From an uncultured Thermodesulfobacteriota bacterium (GTDB lineage: Bacteria > Desulfobacterota > WTBG01 > CAIYCZ01 > CAIRTM01), in assembly GCA_964621615.1 (NCBI GenBank), contig CAZUMW010000003.1, positions 131,619 to 195,618 on the forward strand: a DNA stretch of 64,000 bases. Reading direction: 5' to 3'. The translations under genes and the position numbers were made by a program. Numbering within the stretch: position 1 is the first letter of the stretch; each line of letters starts with the position of its first letter. Positions 10,055 through 19,117 of this stretch are shown here, in pieces. The notes beneath the pieces are model-generated. The model was not told the origin of the DNA and did not search any database. It saw nothing but the letters and a program-made list of their open reading frames with translations.

Positions 10055-11665
10055 CTACGGAGGGGGAACCGCATAGATGCGCACGCCGCGTTTTCCTCGT
10101 GTAAAATCCCGAACCAGAACAAAGCCCGACCAATCCAGCGAAAAATACCGCTCTGTGACAACAATATAGTCGAACCCCTTCCGGCGGTAATATGCCGGGG
10201 GATGCCCCGGCTTTTCGAGATCCTGCCAGAGGCGGTAGCGCCGGAAGTCATCGGCGCGGAAGCCGGCAGGCTCAAACACATATACGAGGTCATACCACGT
10301 TTCGGGGCGAACCGTGAGGAGCAGCTCGAGGTGCTCGGCTTTCATAAGGTTATGCGCGCGTGCGCGCGCGAGCTGACGGCGGATGTTTGCGGGGTCATTG
10401 CTGAGCTTCGGCCCTTTGTTTCCGGCATTGTCAAGGAGGATTTTCGAGCCCGCCGGAACGTGCTCCTCGATCCACTCCCGCGCCTGGGTGTCGATGCTTT
10501 TTTGAGATCGCAGGATATTCCAGCTGACTGCACAGTACAGGGGGTGTGCGATCAGTATGACAAGCAGCGCTGTCACGGCAGGAGCCTTAAGGCGGGAACA
10601 GGCCAGGGAGAACAAAACCGCGCCGCATACCGCAGTAACGGGCAGCGCATGAAGAATATATTTTGGCTCGACATAGCGGTGCATCGACTTGAACAGCAGG
10701 ACCGCGAGGGCGGCAATCACGACCGGCATCAGCCGCCGCGGGTACCGGAGCGGCGCCAGCACCAGGCCGGCGACACAAAGCGCACCCAGGGGCCTGCCCC
10801 AGTAGTCCACTGCAAGATGTCTGATATAGGCGGGCAGGTTAAAGCCGCTGAATGAGTGCATGGCCCTCAGCGCTGCAGCCTCCTTCAGGGCTGATGCTAT
10901 CTCGATGTAAAAAAACGGGCAGGCGGCAAAGTGTCCCGCCAGCACGCTTGCGCTGGCAAAAAGCAGCCTGGGCGACCATATTTTTTCACCGATTGTTTCA
11001 CCGCTGCTGCGCAGCAGATGTGCACATACAAGAGCAGGATACGCAAAGATCCCGTCAAACTTCGCCGCCGCTGCCAGGCCGACCGCAAAGCCGGCTGCGC
11101 AGTAGCTCGCCATGCTTCCGCTTTTGAACAGCCGGATGCTTAAATACACTGCCAGCGTAAAAAAGAACGTCATGGTGATGTCGACGGTACAGTAGTGTGA
11201 GTGCACGATATGCTGAAAGCAGACCGCAAGAAAAATCGCGGCATATAGCCCGGTGCTTGAGCTTCGTATCTGTGTGCCGATACGGTATGCAAGGTACACG
11301 GCAGCAGTGCCGAAAAGCGCTGAAAGCGTTCTTGCGATGATATAAAAGGCGGACGGGTCGCGGATAAACGCGGCGGCGAACTGCTCTACGGAAGAAACCT
11401 GTCCGGACAGAAAGCATAAAACAAAATAAGCGCCATAGAGAGCAAACAGCAGATACTGCATAAGCGTTCCGTACTGAAACCGGTGGGGGTTCAGGTCGCC
11501 GCTCCCAAAGCGCACCGCATGGTTTACGACCTCGGTTTCGTCGCCGTGGCTCATGGCCGGCAGGCCGTAGGATATCCCCCACACGCGCAGCCCGAGAGCG
11601 CTGATGAGCACGGCTAACAGTATATATCCGGTATGCTTTTTTCCCGAAGGCGGTATGCTCATCAT
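10055..11665 (-). CDS. GT-C fold membrane glycosyltransferase (ArnT / PMT family 39/83-like)
   Basis: 536 aa with ~10 predicted TM helices. N-terminal ILLAVLISALGLRVWGISYGLP...HGDETE is typical of the ArnT/PMT family. C-terminal soluble domain. Confidence 0.6.
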   Translation of the reverse strand: MMSIPPSGKKHTGYILLAVLISALGLRVWGISYGLPAMSHGDETEVVNHAVRFGSGDLNPHRFQYGTLMQYLLFALYGAYFVLCFLSGQVSSVEQFAAAFIRDPSAFYIIARTLSALFGTAAVYLAYRIGTQIRSSSTGLYAAIFLAVCFQHIVHSHYCTVDITMTFFFTLAVYLSIRLFKSGSMASYCAAGFAVGLAAAAKFDGIFAYPALVCAHLLRSSGETIGEKIWSPRLLFASASVLAGHFAACPFFYIEIASALKEAAALRAMHSFSGFNLPAYIRHLAVDYWGRPLGALCVAGLVLAPLRYPRRLMPVVIAALAVLLFKSMHRYVEPKYILHALPVTAVCGAVLFSLACSRLKAPAVTALLVILIAHPLYCAVSWNILRSQKSIDTQAREWIEEHVPAGSKILLDNAGNKGPKLSNDPANIRRQLARARAHNLMKAEHLELLLTVRPETWYDLVYVFEPAGFRADDFRRYRLWQDLEKPGHPPAYYRRKGFDYIVVTERYFSLDWSGFVLVRDFTRGKRGVRIYAVPPP

Positions 11666-11752
11666 ATGCGTGTCCCTTTCCGGGCCTGCATCGTAGCGGT
11701 AATAATTGCTGGTGCTGCAGGCGCGATACCATATGTTTTAAGGAAATGTTCC

Positions 11753-12544
11753 ATGGGCACCAAGCACGATCTGTTGACAGAAGAGCACATGTGCAAAGCG
11801 GCCGTCGACGCCTCGCTTACCAAACAGATTGATCTGTTCATGTCCGGACGCCCGGGCATGAAACCGGCAGACGTAAACATACTTGACTGGGGATGCGGGC
11901 GGGGCCGAACGGTCGCCACGCTTCTTGAAATGGGTTTTAACGCATTGGGCGTTGATGTTGATGATCGCATATTAAAAAACGGATACCGGCTGTTTAAAAG
12001 CCGCGGGTTTGACCCGTCTGAAATTCTTCTGCACCTGAGCAGGATACAAACCTTTCCAGACATGTTTTTTCATATTATTTTTTCCGAGCAGGTCATTGAG
12101 CATGTCGCTGATTTGAAATGGTTTGTGCAAGAGCAGCGGCGGCTGACCGCACCCGGCGGCATGGGGCTTCACACCTTTCCGGGATCGTGCTGGGTGGTTG
12201 AGCCGCATGTAAAAATGCCCTTTGTTCACTGGCTGCCGAAAAACGCATCACGGAAAATAATGATCGCTCTCATGCGCCTTGCCGGGTTCGGGCCTGACGC
12301 TGTATCATGGCCTGAGGCAAAAGAAAAATCCTTTTGGCAGGTTTGTGATATTTTTTTCCGGTACCTTAATGAAAAAACATATTACCGTGATATCAGAACC
12401 GTTCAAAAAGAATATGAAACACAGGGGTTTGCAGTAACGGTACGCCATTCAAAGCCGCCTGAAAACCGCAACAGCTCCTCTTTTCTGATAAGAAACGGCT
12501 TCATGAAAAGTCAAATTCAGCTTTCAGCGTATCGTCCCTCCTGA
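11753..12544 (+). CDS. Class I SAM-dependent methyltransferase
   Basis: Motif I LDWGCGRGRTVATLLEMGFNALGVDVD. The ATG at 11753 was chosen because the longer frame from 11633 overlaps the upstream minus-strand gene. Confidence 0.65.
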   Translation: MGTKHDLLTEEHMCKAAVDASLTKQIDLFMSGRPGMKPADVNILDWGCGRGRTVATLLEMGFNALGVDVDDRILKNGYRLFKSRGFDPSEILLHLSRIQTFPDMFFHIIFSEQVIEHVADLKWFVQEQRRLTAPGGMGLHTFPGSCWVVEPHVKMPFVHWLPKNASRKIMIALMRLAGFGPDAVSWPEAKEKSFWQVCDIFFRYLNEKTYYRDIRTVQKEYETQGFAVTVRHSKPPENRNSSSFLIRNGFMKSQIQLSAYRPS

Positions 12545-12627
12545 TTCATGAGTGCCCTGAATATTTCTTTCGTCAGCACGGCATGCTGTTGATTGGAACA
12601 TACAGCTGCGCTGAGCTGTTCTTCACC

Positions 12628-13863
12628 CTACATCAGCCGCTGCTTTGCTTTGTAATATGAAGGCTTTGAGCCGAAAAGCATGCAGCAGCGGGAGCAGCCG
12701 GGATACATATGTGCCTTTTTCAGGTGCCTTCGCAGATGCCGAAGGCTTTTGCCGTTCCACAGCGCTTTGAACGATTCGGTAAGAACATTGCCCGCAGGCG
12801 CGAAAAAGCACAGCGGGCTCAAAATAACATTGCCGTGAGGGGTTATGGACACATTGCGCCAGGGAGCGGTACACCGGTCATAAAACACAGGGGTGCAGGG
12901 GCTGCTGTAGTACAGTTTGGCTTCCTGCAGGGTGAGCTCAGGCATCTGGTGAATCGGCAGTGCATATTTTTTCCGCAGCGCATGTATCCGCTCCACAATG
13001 AGCGGGGCATCGATTTCCCGAATAGCGATCCCATCGATGTTTTCGGAGCGGATGCGGTATTGTGCGGGGGCATGACTGTTGTGGGCGTCAACAATCTCAC
13101 TGTTTTTAAACCACAGGTGATTGAAGGTGATGCTGTCGATCGGTACGTTCTGGTCGACGAACCACTGCACAAAAGAGTCTATATTGGTATAATTGTACTG
13201 TGAGAGCGTGCAGGTTACATGAATCGAGGGAAACGCCAGGCCCCGCTCCTCACGCGCCGCTGCTGTCGTGCGTATGCCGTCAACAGCCCTGCTGAACGTG
13301 CCGGGGACGCCCCGGATTTCATCGTGCGCCTCGCCGATGTCATCTATCGATACGGTAATGCTTACATCGGCGCTCTTGCGGCACCGGCTGACAAGCCCGG
13401 GGCCGATTCGGGGCAGCAGCGTCCCGTTTGTGGTTATGTGGGCAGGCAGGCCGCAGGCTGTGATCTCAGCAAAAAGCGGCAGCAGCTCATCGTACAGCAG
13501 CGGCTCTGTTCCGGTGAGCAGGATGAGCGGCCGCGGCCGAAACCCGGCAAGCTCGCGGGATACAGAAACCCAGTTATCCAGGCCCATCCATTCCGTCCCT
13601 TCATGAAGGGAGCTGACGAGGTGTGAGCCTTCTGCGCAGCCGCCGGCATTGCGCCGGCCTATATCGCACATTTTGCATTTCAGGTTGCATTTTTCAGTCA
13701 GAATGAAACACACCGACAGCGGCGGAAAGCTGAAGCCGCGCAGCATATGGTAGTCAATGTTACCATAATGAAAGGACCGGGCCAGCGAGCGCACGTAGGA
13801 TCGCCATTTGTGCGGGTCGGAGCGCAGTATGGTAAACAGTTTGCTTAAGCGCATGGGCGTCAC
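12628..13863 (-). CDS. Radical SAM (SPASM-like) protein
   Basis: CNLKCKMC = CxxxCxxC radical-SAM cluster motif near the N-terminus. Additional Cys-rich C-terminal region. Confidence 0.7.
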   Translation of the reverse strand: MTPMRLSKLFTILRSDPHKWRSYVRSLARSFHYGNIDYHMLRGFSFPPLSVCFILTEKCNLKCKMCDIGRRNAGGCAEGSHLVSSLHEGTEWMGLDNWVSVSRELAGFRPRPLILLTGTEPLLYDELLPLFAEITACGLPAHITTNGTLLPRIGPGLVSRCRKSADVSITVSIDDIGEAHDEIRGVPGTFSRAVDGIRTTAAAREERGLAFPSIHVTCTLSQYNYTNIDSFVQWFVDQNVPIDSITFNHLWFKNSEIVDAHNSHAPAQYRIRSENIDGIAIREIDAPLIVERIHALRKKYALPIHQMPELTLQEAKLYYSSPCTPVFYDRCTAPWRNVSITPHGNVILSPLCFFAPAGNVLTESFKALWNGKSLRHLRRHLKKAHMYPGCSRCCMLFGSKPSYYKAKQRLM

Positions 13864-15063
13864 TTATGTGGCGGTGATATGTGCATAGAGATCAGCATAT
13901 CGCTGAACAATATGGTTCAGGGTATACTTTTCTGCGACCAGCGCACGGGCGTTATGCCCGATGCGCTTCGCCGTGTCCGGATTGCCCAGAACAAAGCTGA
14001 GCGCATCGGCAAGGCTTTCTGCATCGCCGGGCTCGGCAAGCATCCCGGTTACGCCGTCTGTGATAAGCTCGCTGTTGCCGGCCGTCCGGGTTGCAACAAC
14101 GCACAGGCCGCTTGCCATCGCTTCGAGTATTGCATTAGACATGCCTTCAAACTGAGACGGCATGACAAAAACGTCGGCTGACCGCAGATAGGGACGCACG
14201 TCGTCTGCTGCAGGAACGAAATGCACGCTGTTTTCAAGGCCGCGGGACGTTACCATGTCTGTCAGCCGGCTGCGCTCCGGCCCGCTGCCGATAATATACA
14301 GGTGTGCCGTCCCCCCTGTGCGAAGGCGTGCGAATGCTTCGATAAGGACGCCAAGGCCCTTTTCCGGTGAGAGGCGCCCGGTATAGACAATAATCTGCCG
14401 GTTTTCAGATACATCGGGCCCCGGCACTTGTTTATGAAAATTATTATCTTTATTATACAGGGTAATATCAACGCCGTTCGGAATTTTAACAATGCCGGTT
14501 CCGGGATGCCCGATTTCTTCCAGCTCTGTGATCATACGATCATTCAGTGCGATAACGCAGGAGGCATATCTGCACAAAAAAAGAAACAGCTTTCCCCATG
14601 GGGTTCTTTTATGCCTGAGCACGTCCCCTCCGTGCCCGCTGCTTGAAAGGCTCAGCAGTGCCGGCAGCCCGCATGCCCTTGCCAGCAGTATCGCTGCCGC
14701 GGAGCTGTATCCAATCTGAAATGCATGAACAAGCCCGGTCGCTTTGCGATTCCTTAAAAGGTACATGGCAAGGGCTGATAAAAAGAATGCCGCACCGATG
14801 CATTTTATGCGTGGAGAAAAAAGCCGCACCACCGGCACCCCCTGCACTGATTCTTTTTTTGCCCAGGAAGGATGAAACCGTGACGTAACGATTTCAACCG
14901 TCACGCCGCGCCGTGTTAACGCGGCGGCAAGGCTGAGCGCCCTTTTTTCAAGCCCGCCGATGAACGGATAAAAATAGCGGATAACAAAGATTATTTTTGT
15001 ATTATTCAATTTTTGAACCTGCGTATGTATGCCTGCTATTCCCTGCTTCCGGTGTATAAGCAC
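13864..15063 (-). CDS. Glycosyltransferase family 4
   Basis: N-terminal YPFIGGLEKRALSLAAAL and C-terminal EGMSNAILEAMASGLCVVAT (the GT4 E-x7-E region). Confidence 0.75.
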   Translation of the reverse strand: MLIHRKQGIAGIHTQVQKLNNTKIIFVIRYFYPFIGGLEKRALSLAAALTRRGVTVEIVTSRFHPSWAKKESVQGVPVVRLFSPRIKCIGAAFFLSALAMYLLRNRKATGLVHAFQIGYSSAAAILLARACGLPALLSLSSSGHGGDVLRHKRTPWGKLFLFLCRYASCVIALNDRMITELEEIGHPGTGIVKIPNGVDITLYNKDNNFHKQVPGPDVSENRQIIVYTGRLSPEKGLGVLIEAFARLRTGGTAHLYIIGSGPERSRLTDMVTSRGLENSVHFVPAADDVRPYLRSADVFVMPSQFEGMSNAILEAMASGLCVVATRTAGNSELITDGVTGMLAEPGDAESLADALSFVLGNPDTAKRIGHNARALVAEKYTLNHIVQRYADLYAHITAT

Positions 15064-15110
15064 CCCCGGAGAAACAGCTCAGCACAAACAGCCAGCCTCC
15101 GGTTTGCAGG

Positions 15111-16445
15111 TTATGGCTGTTTATTTGTGTGTCGGCTCTCCCTCGATACCCTGCCGAAGGCACAGGCCACTCCCATAAGCGACCAGAAGGTCGGCGATAC
15201 CGATACCACGCTGAAAATAAAAAAGTCATTGATGCAATAGCCCAGAAAAAGCGATATGAATCCGCAATATATAATTTTGTGGGACCGGCGTGACGCGCGC
15301 CGCATGCTTTTTATCATTACAATAAACAACGTTATCAGCACGGACAGATATGCCGCAAGCCCGACCATGCCCTGTGCCAGCAGGATATCGATGTAATTGT
15401 TGTGGGCGCGGTCGATAATGACCTGTTCGTTGAAGCTCTGTATGTACTCGCGGTTAAATGTGCCCATGAGCACGACGTGCGTGTCCGGGCCGTACCCGAT
15501 AAGGGGTCTCTGTGCGGCACGCTTCAGCGCCCGCTTCCAGACGAACAGACGGGTTGCCACTCCCTTGCCCCGGGCCATATCAAAAGAGGATAACAGGCGA
15601 TTCCTTTCGCGGAAAAATTTATTTTTATAGGGATTGTCCTCTATCAGCATGGCGCTGGCAACTGTCAGGGTCACAAGAAGCAGCGATGTGCCGGCGATTG
15701 CGGCTGTCCGCCGCAGCACCCGCGCCCCGGCTGCATATGTAGCCAATACCATAAAACACGCAAGGGAGCATGCAAAGCCCAGCCAGCTTGCGCGGGTGAA
15801 GGTAATAAAAAGCGCGGCGGCGCCGATTGCAAAGCCGCATGCATACAGCATTTTTTCCCTTCTGCGACGGCTGATATAAAAATACATAATAAACAGGGGC
15901 AGCGTCAAGACCAGGTATTTGCCCAGAAAATTGGCATTGCCGATGGTCCCGGTAACATGATTGCGGGGGCTTTCACACAGCGAGGGCTGGACCGGGGCTG
16001 CACCGCAATACTGCATAACCGTCCAGGCTGCGATGATGCCGGTCGCAAGCATCAGGCAGGCGGCAAGGCGGTGAAACTGCTGCTCTGTGGTGATGAAGCA
16101 AAAGAATACAATGGGCAGCAGCGCATAGCACAGCAGCGTGCTGCAGTGCTCAAGCCGCCATGGGTCCCCGTATATGCTCAGGCGTGGCGAAATGGAAAAG
16201 ACAGTGGACAGCACAGCCGATGCCGCATACGCACAAAGGGGTACGGTAAGGGGGAAGCGCGTCAGGTGCAGCGGGAGGCGTCCGGAAATGCGGCTGAGCG
16301 CGCCGCAGCAGGTGATAAGAAATACGAATATATACACGTAGTGTATTTTGGGTGTGTAATAGCAGTCTGCAGCAAAGGGGTTTATAACCAGCGGGGGGCC
16401 GGCTAACAGCAAAAAAAGGCTGACTGAGGCAATTTGTTTACACAT
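15111..16445 (-). CDS. O-antigen ligase / Wzy-like polymerase family membrane protein
   Basis: 444 aa, ~11 TM helices with a large periplasmic loop. Topology and context fit the O-antigen ligase family. Confidence 0.55.
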   Translation of the reverse strand: MCKQIASVSLFLLLAGPPLVINPFAADCYYTPKIHYVYIFVFLITCCGALSRISGRLPLHLTRFPLTVPLCAYAASAVLSTVFSISPRLSIYGDPWRLEHCSTLLCYALLPIVFFCFITTEQQFHRLAACLMLATGIIAAWTVMQYCGAAPVQPSLCESPRNHVTGTIGNANFLGKYLVLTLPLFIMYFYISRRRREKMLYACGFAIGAAALFITFTRASWLGFACSLACFMVLATYAAGARVLRRTAAIAGTSLLLVTLTVASAMLIEDNPYKNKFFRERNRLLSSFDMARGKGVATRLFVWKRALKRAAQRPLIGYGPDTHVVLMGTFNREYIQSFNEQVIIDRAHNNYIDILLAQGMVGLAAYLSVLITLFIVMIKSMRRASRRSHKIIYCGFISLFLGYCINDFFIFSVVSVSPTFWSLMGVACAFGRVSRESRHTNKQP

Positions 16446-16496
16446 AGCAGCAGGCGGGAAGTGGCTTTTGTATGGTGTATGACAGCTGTATCTTCT

Positions 16497-16537
16497 GAAA
16501 AAAAGAGGGAGCTGTCAACAGCTCCCTCTTTTTTTTA
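16497..16537. terminator. Bidirectional rho-independent terminator
   Basis: 12-bp perfect palindrome AGAGGGAGCTGT-caa-ACAGCTCCCTCT flanked by an A-run (5') and a T-run (3'). It sits between the convergent pilin gene and the O-antigen-ligase transcript start. Confidence 0.7.
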
Positions 16538-16557
16538 AACACGCTACAGTTTGTATC

Positions 16558-17016
16558 TTAGTAGGTTTGTCTCATCATTCCTGATGAGCGAACCTCGATC
16601 TGTGCGCCCTCGAGCTCCTGCGGTACGCCGGTGCAGCGGAATATAAAATAGTAATCATCACCATAGGCAGGCCCTATGCCATCGGTGTCCCAGGAATCAT
16701 ATTGGACAAGAGAAATACCCTGGTCGTTTGCGGTTGATGCCAATGTGGCGCCGTGCTGATTGAGCGTGTTATACAGGTCGTCCCAATCGCTCAGGTCGGT
16801 ATCGGACGGGAACAGGTTGCCGCTCGAGCTTGCTGCAAAACCGGCAACGGCACCGCGTATGGACTCGGTTGTGCCAACGCCCGATGCAATCCGTGCTTTG
16901 TTCCGGTAGGCGATGAAGTTCGGCACGGCGATGGCCGCAAGAATACCGATGATGGCAACAACGATCATCAGCTCGATCAGGGTAAAACCGTGTGTGTCGT
17001 TTCTAAAACATTTCAT
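16558..17016 (-). CDS. pilA: Type IV pilin (prepilin with N-terminal cleavage/methylation domain)
   Basis: MKCFRNDTHG|FTLIELMIVVAIIGILAAIAVP is the class III signal peptide plus conserved Phe1/Glu5 hydrophobic helix. Strong SD (AGGAGG) 8 nt upstream. Confidence 0.8.
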   Translation of the reverse strand: MKCFRNDTHGFTLIELMIVVAIIGILAAIAVPNFIAYRNKARIASGVGTTESIRGAVAGFAASSSGNLFPSDTDLSDWDDLYNTLNQHGATLASTANDQGISLVQYDSWDTDGIGPAYGDDYYFIFRCTGVPQELEGAQIEVRSSGMMRQTY

Positions 17017-17136
17017 ACCTCGTACCTCCTCTTTTATGAATGGGTTTTTAATGATTTATCGTATGTGCCGCTAAAAACTTCAGTGATTTTTTGCCCCTCC
17101 TTTCTTTTTGGCCTGTATTTTTGCTGTACATACATG

Positions 17137-17152
17137 AGCAAGTGTGATGCCA
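17137..17152 (-). promoter_or_regulatory. Sigma-54 (-24/-12) promoter for the pilin gene
   Basis: Minus-strand sequence TGGCAT-CACAC-TTGCT matches the consensus TGGCAC-N5-TTGCW. It lies ~120 nt upstream of the pilin ATG and is co-located with a σ54 activator gene. Confidence 0.55.
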
Positions 17153-17347
17153 AAACGAATGCAAAATATTTTATAAAGCTATTTCAATAATTTGGGTGAA
17201 ATGATAAATCGAGGAGGAATTTTAAAACCTGCCTTATTGACAAATTTTGTCACTTGCGGTGCTCTAATTTGTTCATGAAGCTGGATGCGGGGCAATTACA
17301 AACAGTGTCCGCGGTGCCGGGACACTCCGGCCGCGTCCGGGAAGCGC

Positions 17348-19117
17348 TCATGCTGACAGCGCCGGAAGAACCACCCTGAATGTCGTCCCGGAGCCCTTCC
17401 GGCTGGTAACCGATATATGGCCCTCATGCTCCTCGATAATGCGCTGGACGATGGACAGTCCGAGGCCGATACCCTCATCGCGTGTTGTAAAAAACGGGTC
17501 GAAAATTTTTTCCATTTCCTGCTCATGCATACCGCATCCGCTGTCCTGCACTTCGATAACAGCCCATGGGTGTGGCGGATCAGCCGGGGTCCCGTTTCGG
17601 GGAGGTGCGATATCGGGCGGGGCTTCTCCTGCGCGCCGGGAGCTGAGGCGTATGGTTCCCTCGGCGCCTGCACCGATTGCCTGGGCGGCGTTGAGCATCA
17701 GGTTCCAGAGAACCTGACGCATTTGATAGTAATGCCCGGTTATGTATACGTCATCCTCCGCCGACTCAACAACACTGAGGGCGCTGCTGCATTCGGTGCT
17801 GTTTTTAAAGACAGATGCGACATCGCGGACAAGCTCCCTGACATTCAGGGGCTTTTTTTCGCTTGCAGCAGGTCGCGCATATTGTGTGAAGTCTGAAATG
17901 AGCGCGCTCAAGTGACCGCTTTCTTTTACGATTATATCCATGAGCCGCTTATCGACGTCGCTGAGCGAAACATTTTTCTGCAGCACCTGAACCGATCCGC
18001 TGATGGAGGCCAGCGGGTTGCGCACCTCATGAGCGATGCCCGCCGCAAGGCGGCCCAGCGAGGCAAGCCGCTCCAGACGCCGCGCGTTGTCCTGCATCTG
18101 CTTGTACTCGGTAAGGTCCTGAAAAACCAGTATATAGCCGGTTTGTTCTTTGTTTTTATCCCGCAGGACCGAAAAAGAGATCCCGACCCAGAGCTCGGTG
18201 CCGTCCGGGCGCGCAAAGGCGCGCTCGATGCGCCGCACCTGATTCCTGTTCGTTTCAGAAGGGGGCTGCACCTGTTCGCTGAGCGGAATGTCGGAAAATA
18301 CCTCATGTGCATGTTTCATAAATACCTGATCCCGTGAAAAGCCGGTAATGCGCTGTGCCGCCCGGTTAAAGGTGATGATTTTCTGATCGTTATTGAGGGT
18401 GACAAGGCCGTCGCTCATGCTTTGTATGATATTTTCATTCAGCACCGCAAGGTTTTCGAAATCCAGCTGCTTTTGCTGCAGCTGGATGCGCGATTTTTTT
18501 GCCTGCTCAGCCACGAAGCTGCTGAGCAGCGCAACAAGATAAAAGGCGGTGATATTTACCGCCAGCGGAAAGAACAGCGGTGAGCGCGAGTACGCCGGCC
18601 CGAGATACACTTCATACTGCGGCGGGCTGATAAGATGTGCTTCCTGCAGCACAACAAGGCTGCAGTAGCACAGGCTTGCCGCGCTTGCAGCGAGCAGCCC
18701 CCCTCCGCGATACAGCAGAATTCCGGCGGCGATGATCACGATGCTGTACATAAAAGAAAAGATGCTGTCTCTGCCGCCGGTTATGTATAAAAGGGCGGTG
18801 ACAAGCACCATATCAGCGCACACCTGCATATGGGCGAACGCGATGTGCCGCTTTATAAACGGCATAACGAAGACATATGCCAGGCTGCACACATACACGC
18901 AGGCGGTAAGCCCGTATATGTTAACCAGATACGGGGCAAGAAACGTGTCGCTTTGCTTAAGATGGGTAACGGCAGCGAGCCCGAGAAAAAAGGAAGCGAT
19001 AATGACCCGGAAAAGCATAAGCCACTGAAGCCGCCTTTTCAGGTCATAGGGGGTAATCATTTCGGTGCCGGAAGCTGACTGCATACGGTCATGTCCCTCG
19101 GGGCAGCTACACGTCAT
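17348..19117 (-). CDS. pilS: Sensor histidine kinase (PilS-like: polytopic membrane domain, PAS, HisKA, HATPase)
   Basis: N-terminal six-TM region and a PAS-like segment. H-box AHEVRNPLASI. G-boxes at the C-terminus. The start is uncertain (M1 or M12). Confidence 0.75.
   Translation of the reverse strand: MTCSCPEGHDRMQSASGTEMITPYDLKRRLQWLMLFRVIIASFFLGLAAVTHLKQSDTFLAPYLVNIYGLTACVYVCSLAYVFVMPFIKRHIAFAHMQVCADMVLVTALLYITGGRDSIFSFMYSIVIIAAGILLYRGGGLLAASAASLCYCSLVVLQEAHLISPPQYEVYLGPAYSRSPLFFPLAVNITAFYLVALLSSFVAEQAKKSRIQLQQKQLDFENLAVLNENIIQSMSDGLVTLNNDQKIITFNRAAQRITGFSRDQVFMKHAHEVFSDIPLSEQVQPPSETNRNQVRRIERAFARPDGTELWVGISFSVLRDKNKEQTGYILVFQDLTEYKQMQDNARRLERLASLGRLAAGIAHEVRNPLASISGSVQVLQKNVSLSDVDKRLMDIIVKESGHLSALISDFTQYARPAASEKKPLNVRELVRDVASVFKNSTECSSALSVVESAEDDVYITGHYYQMRQVLWNLMLNAAQAIGAGAEGTIRLSSRRAGEAPPDIAPPRNGTPADPPHPWAVIEVQDSGCGMHEQEMEKIFDPFFTTRDEGIGLGLSIVQRIIEEHEGHISVTSRKGSGTTFRVVLPALSA

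Noticed and set aside
9968-10855. 295-aa plus-strand ORF antisense to the ArnT/PMT-like gene
   Set aside because: Lies entirely inside a well-supported minus-strand membrane-protein gene. High-GC antisense frames are commonly open. No SD or domain evidence.
17110-17127. Plus-strand TGGCCT-GTATT-TTTGCT σ54-like element
   Set aside because: Oriented away from the pilin gene with no plus-strand gene downstream. The minus-strand TGGCAT-N5-TTGCT 10 nt away is a better match and correctly oriented.
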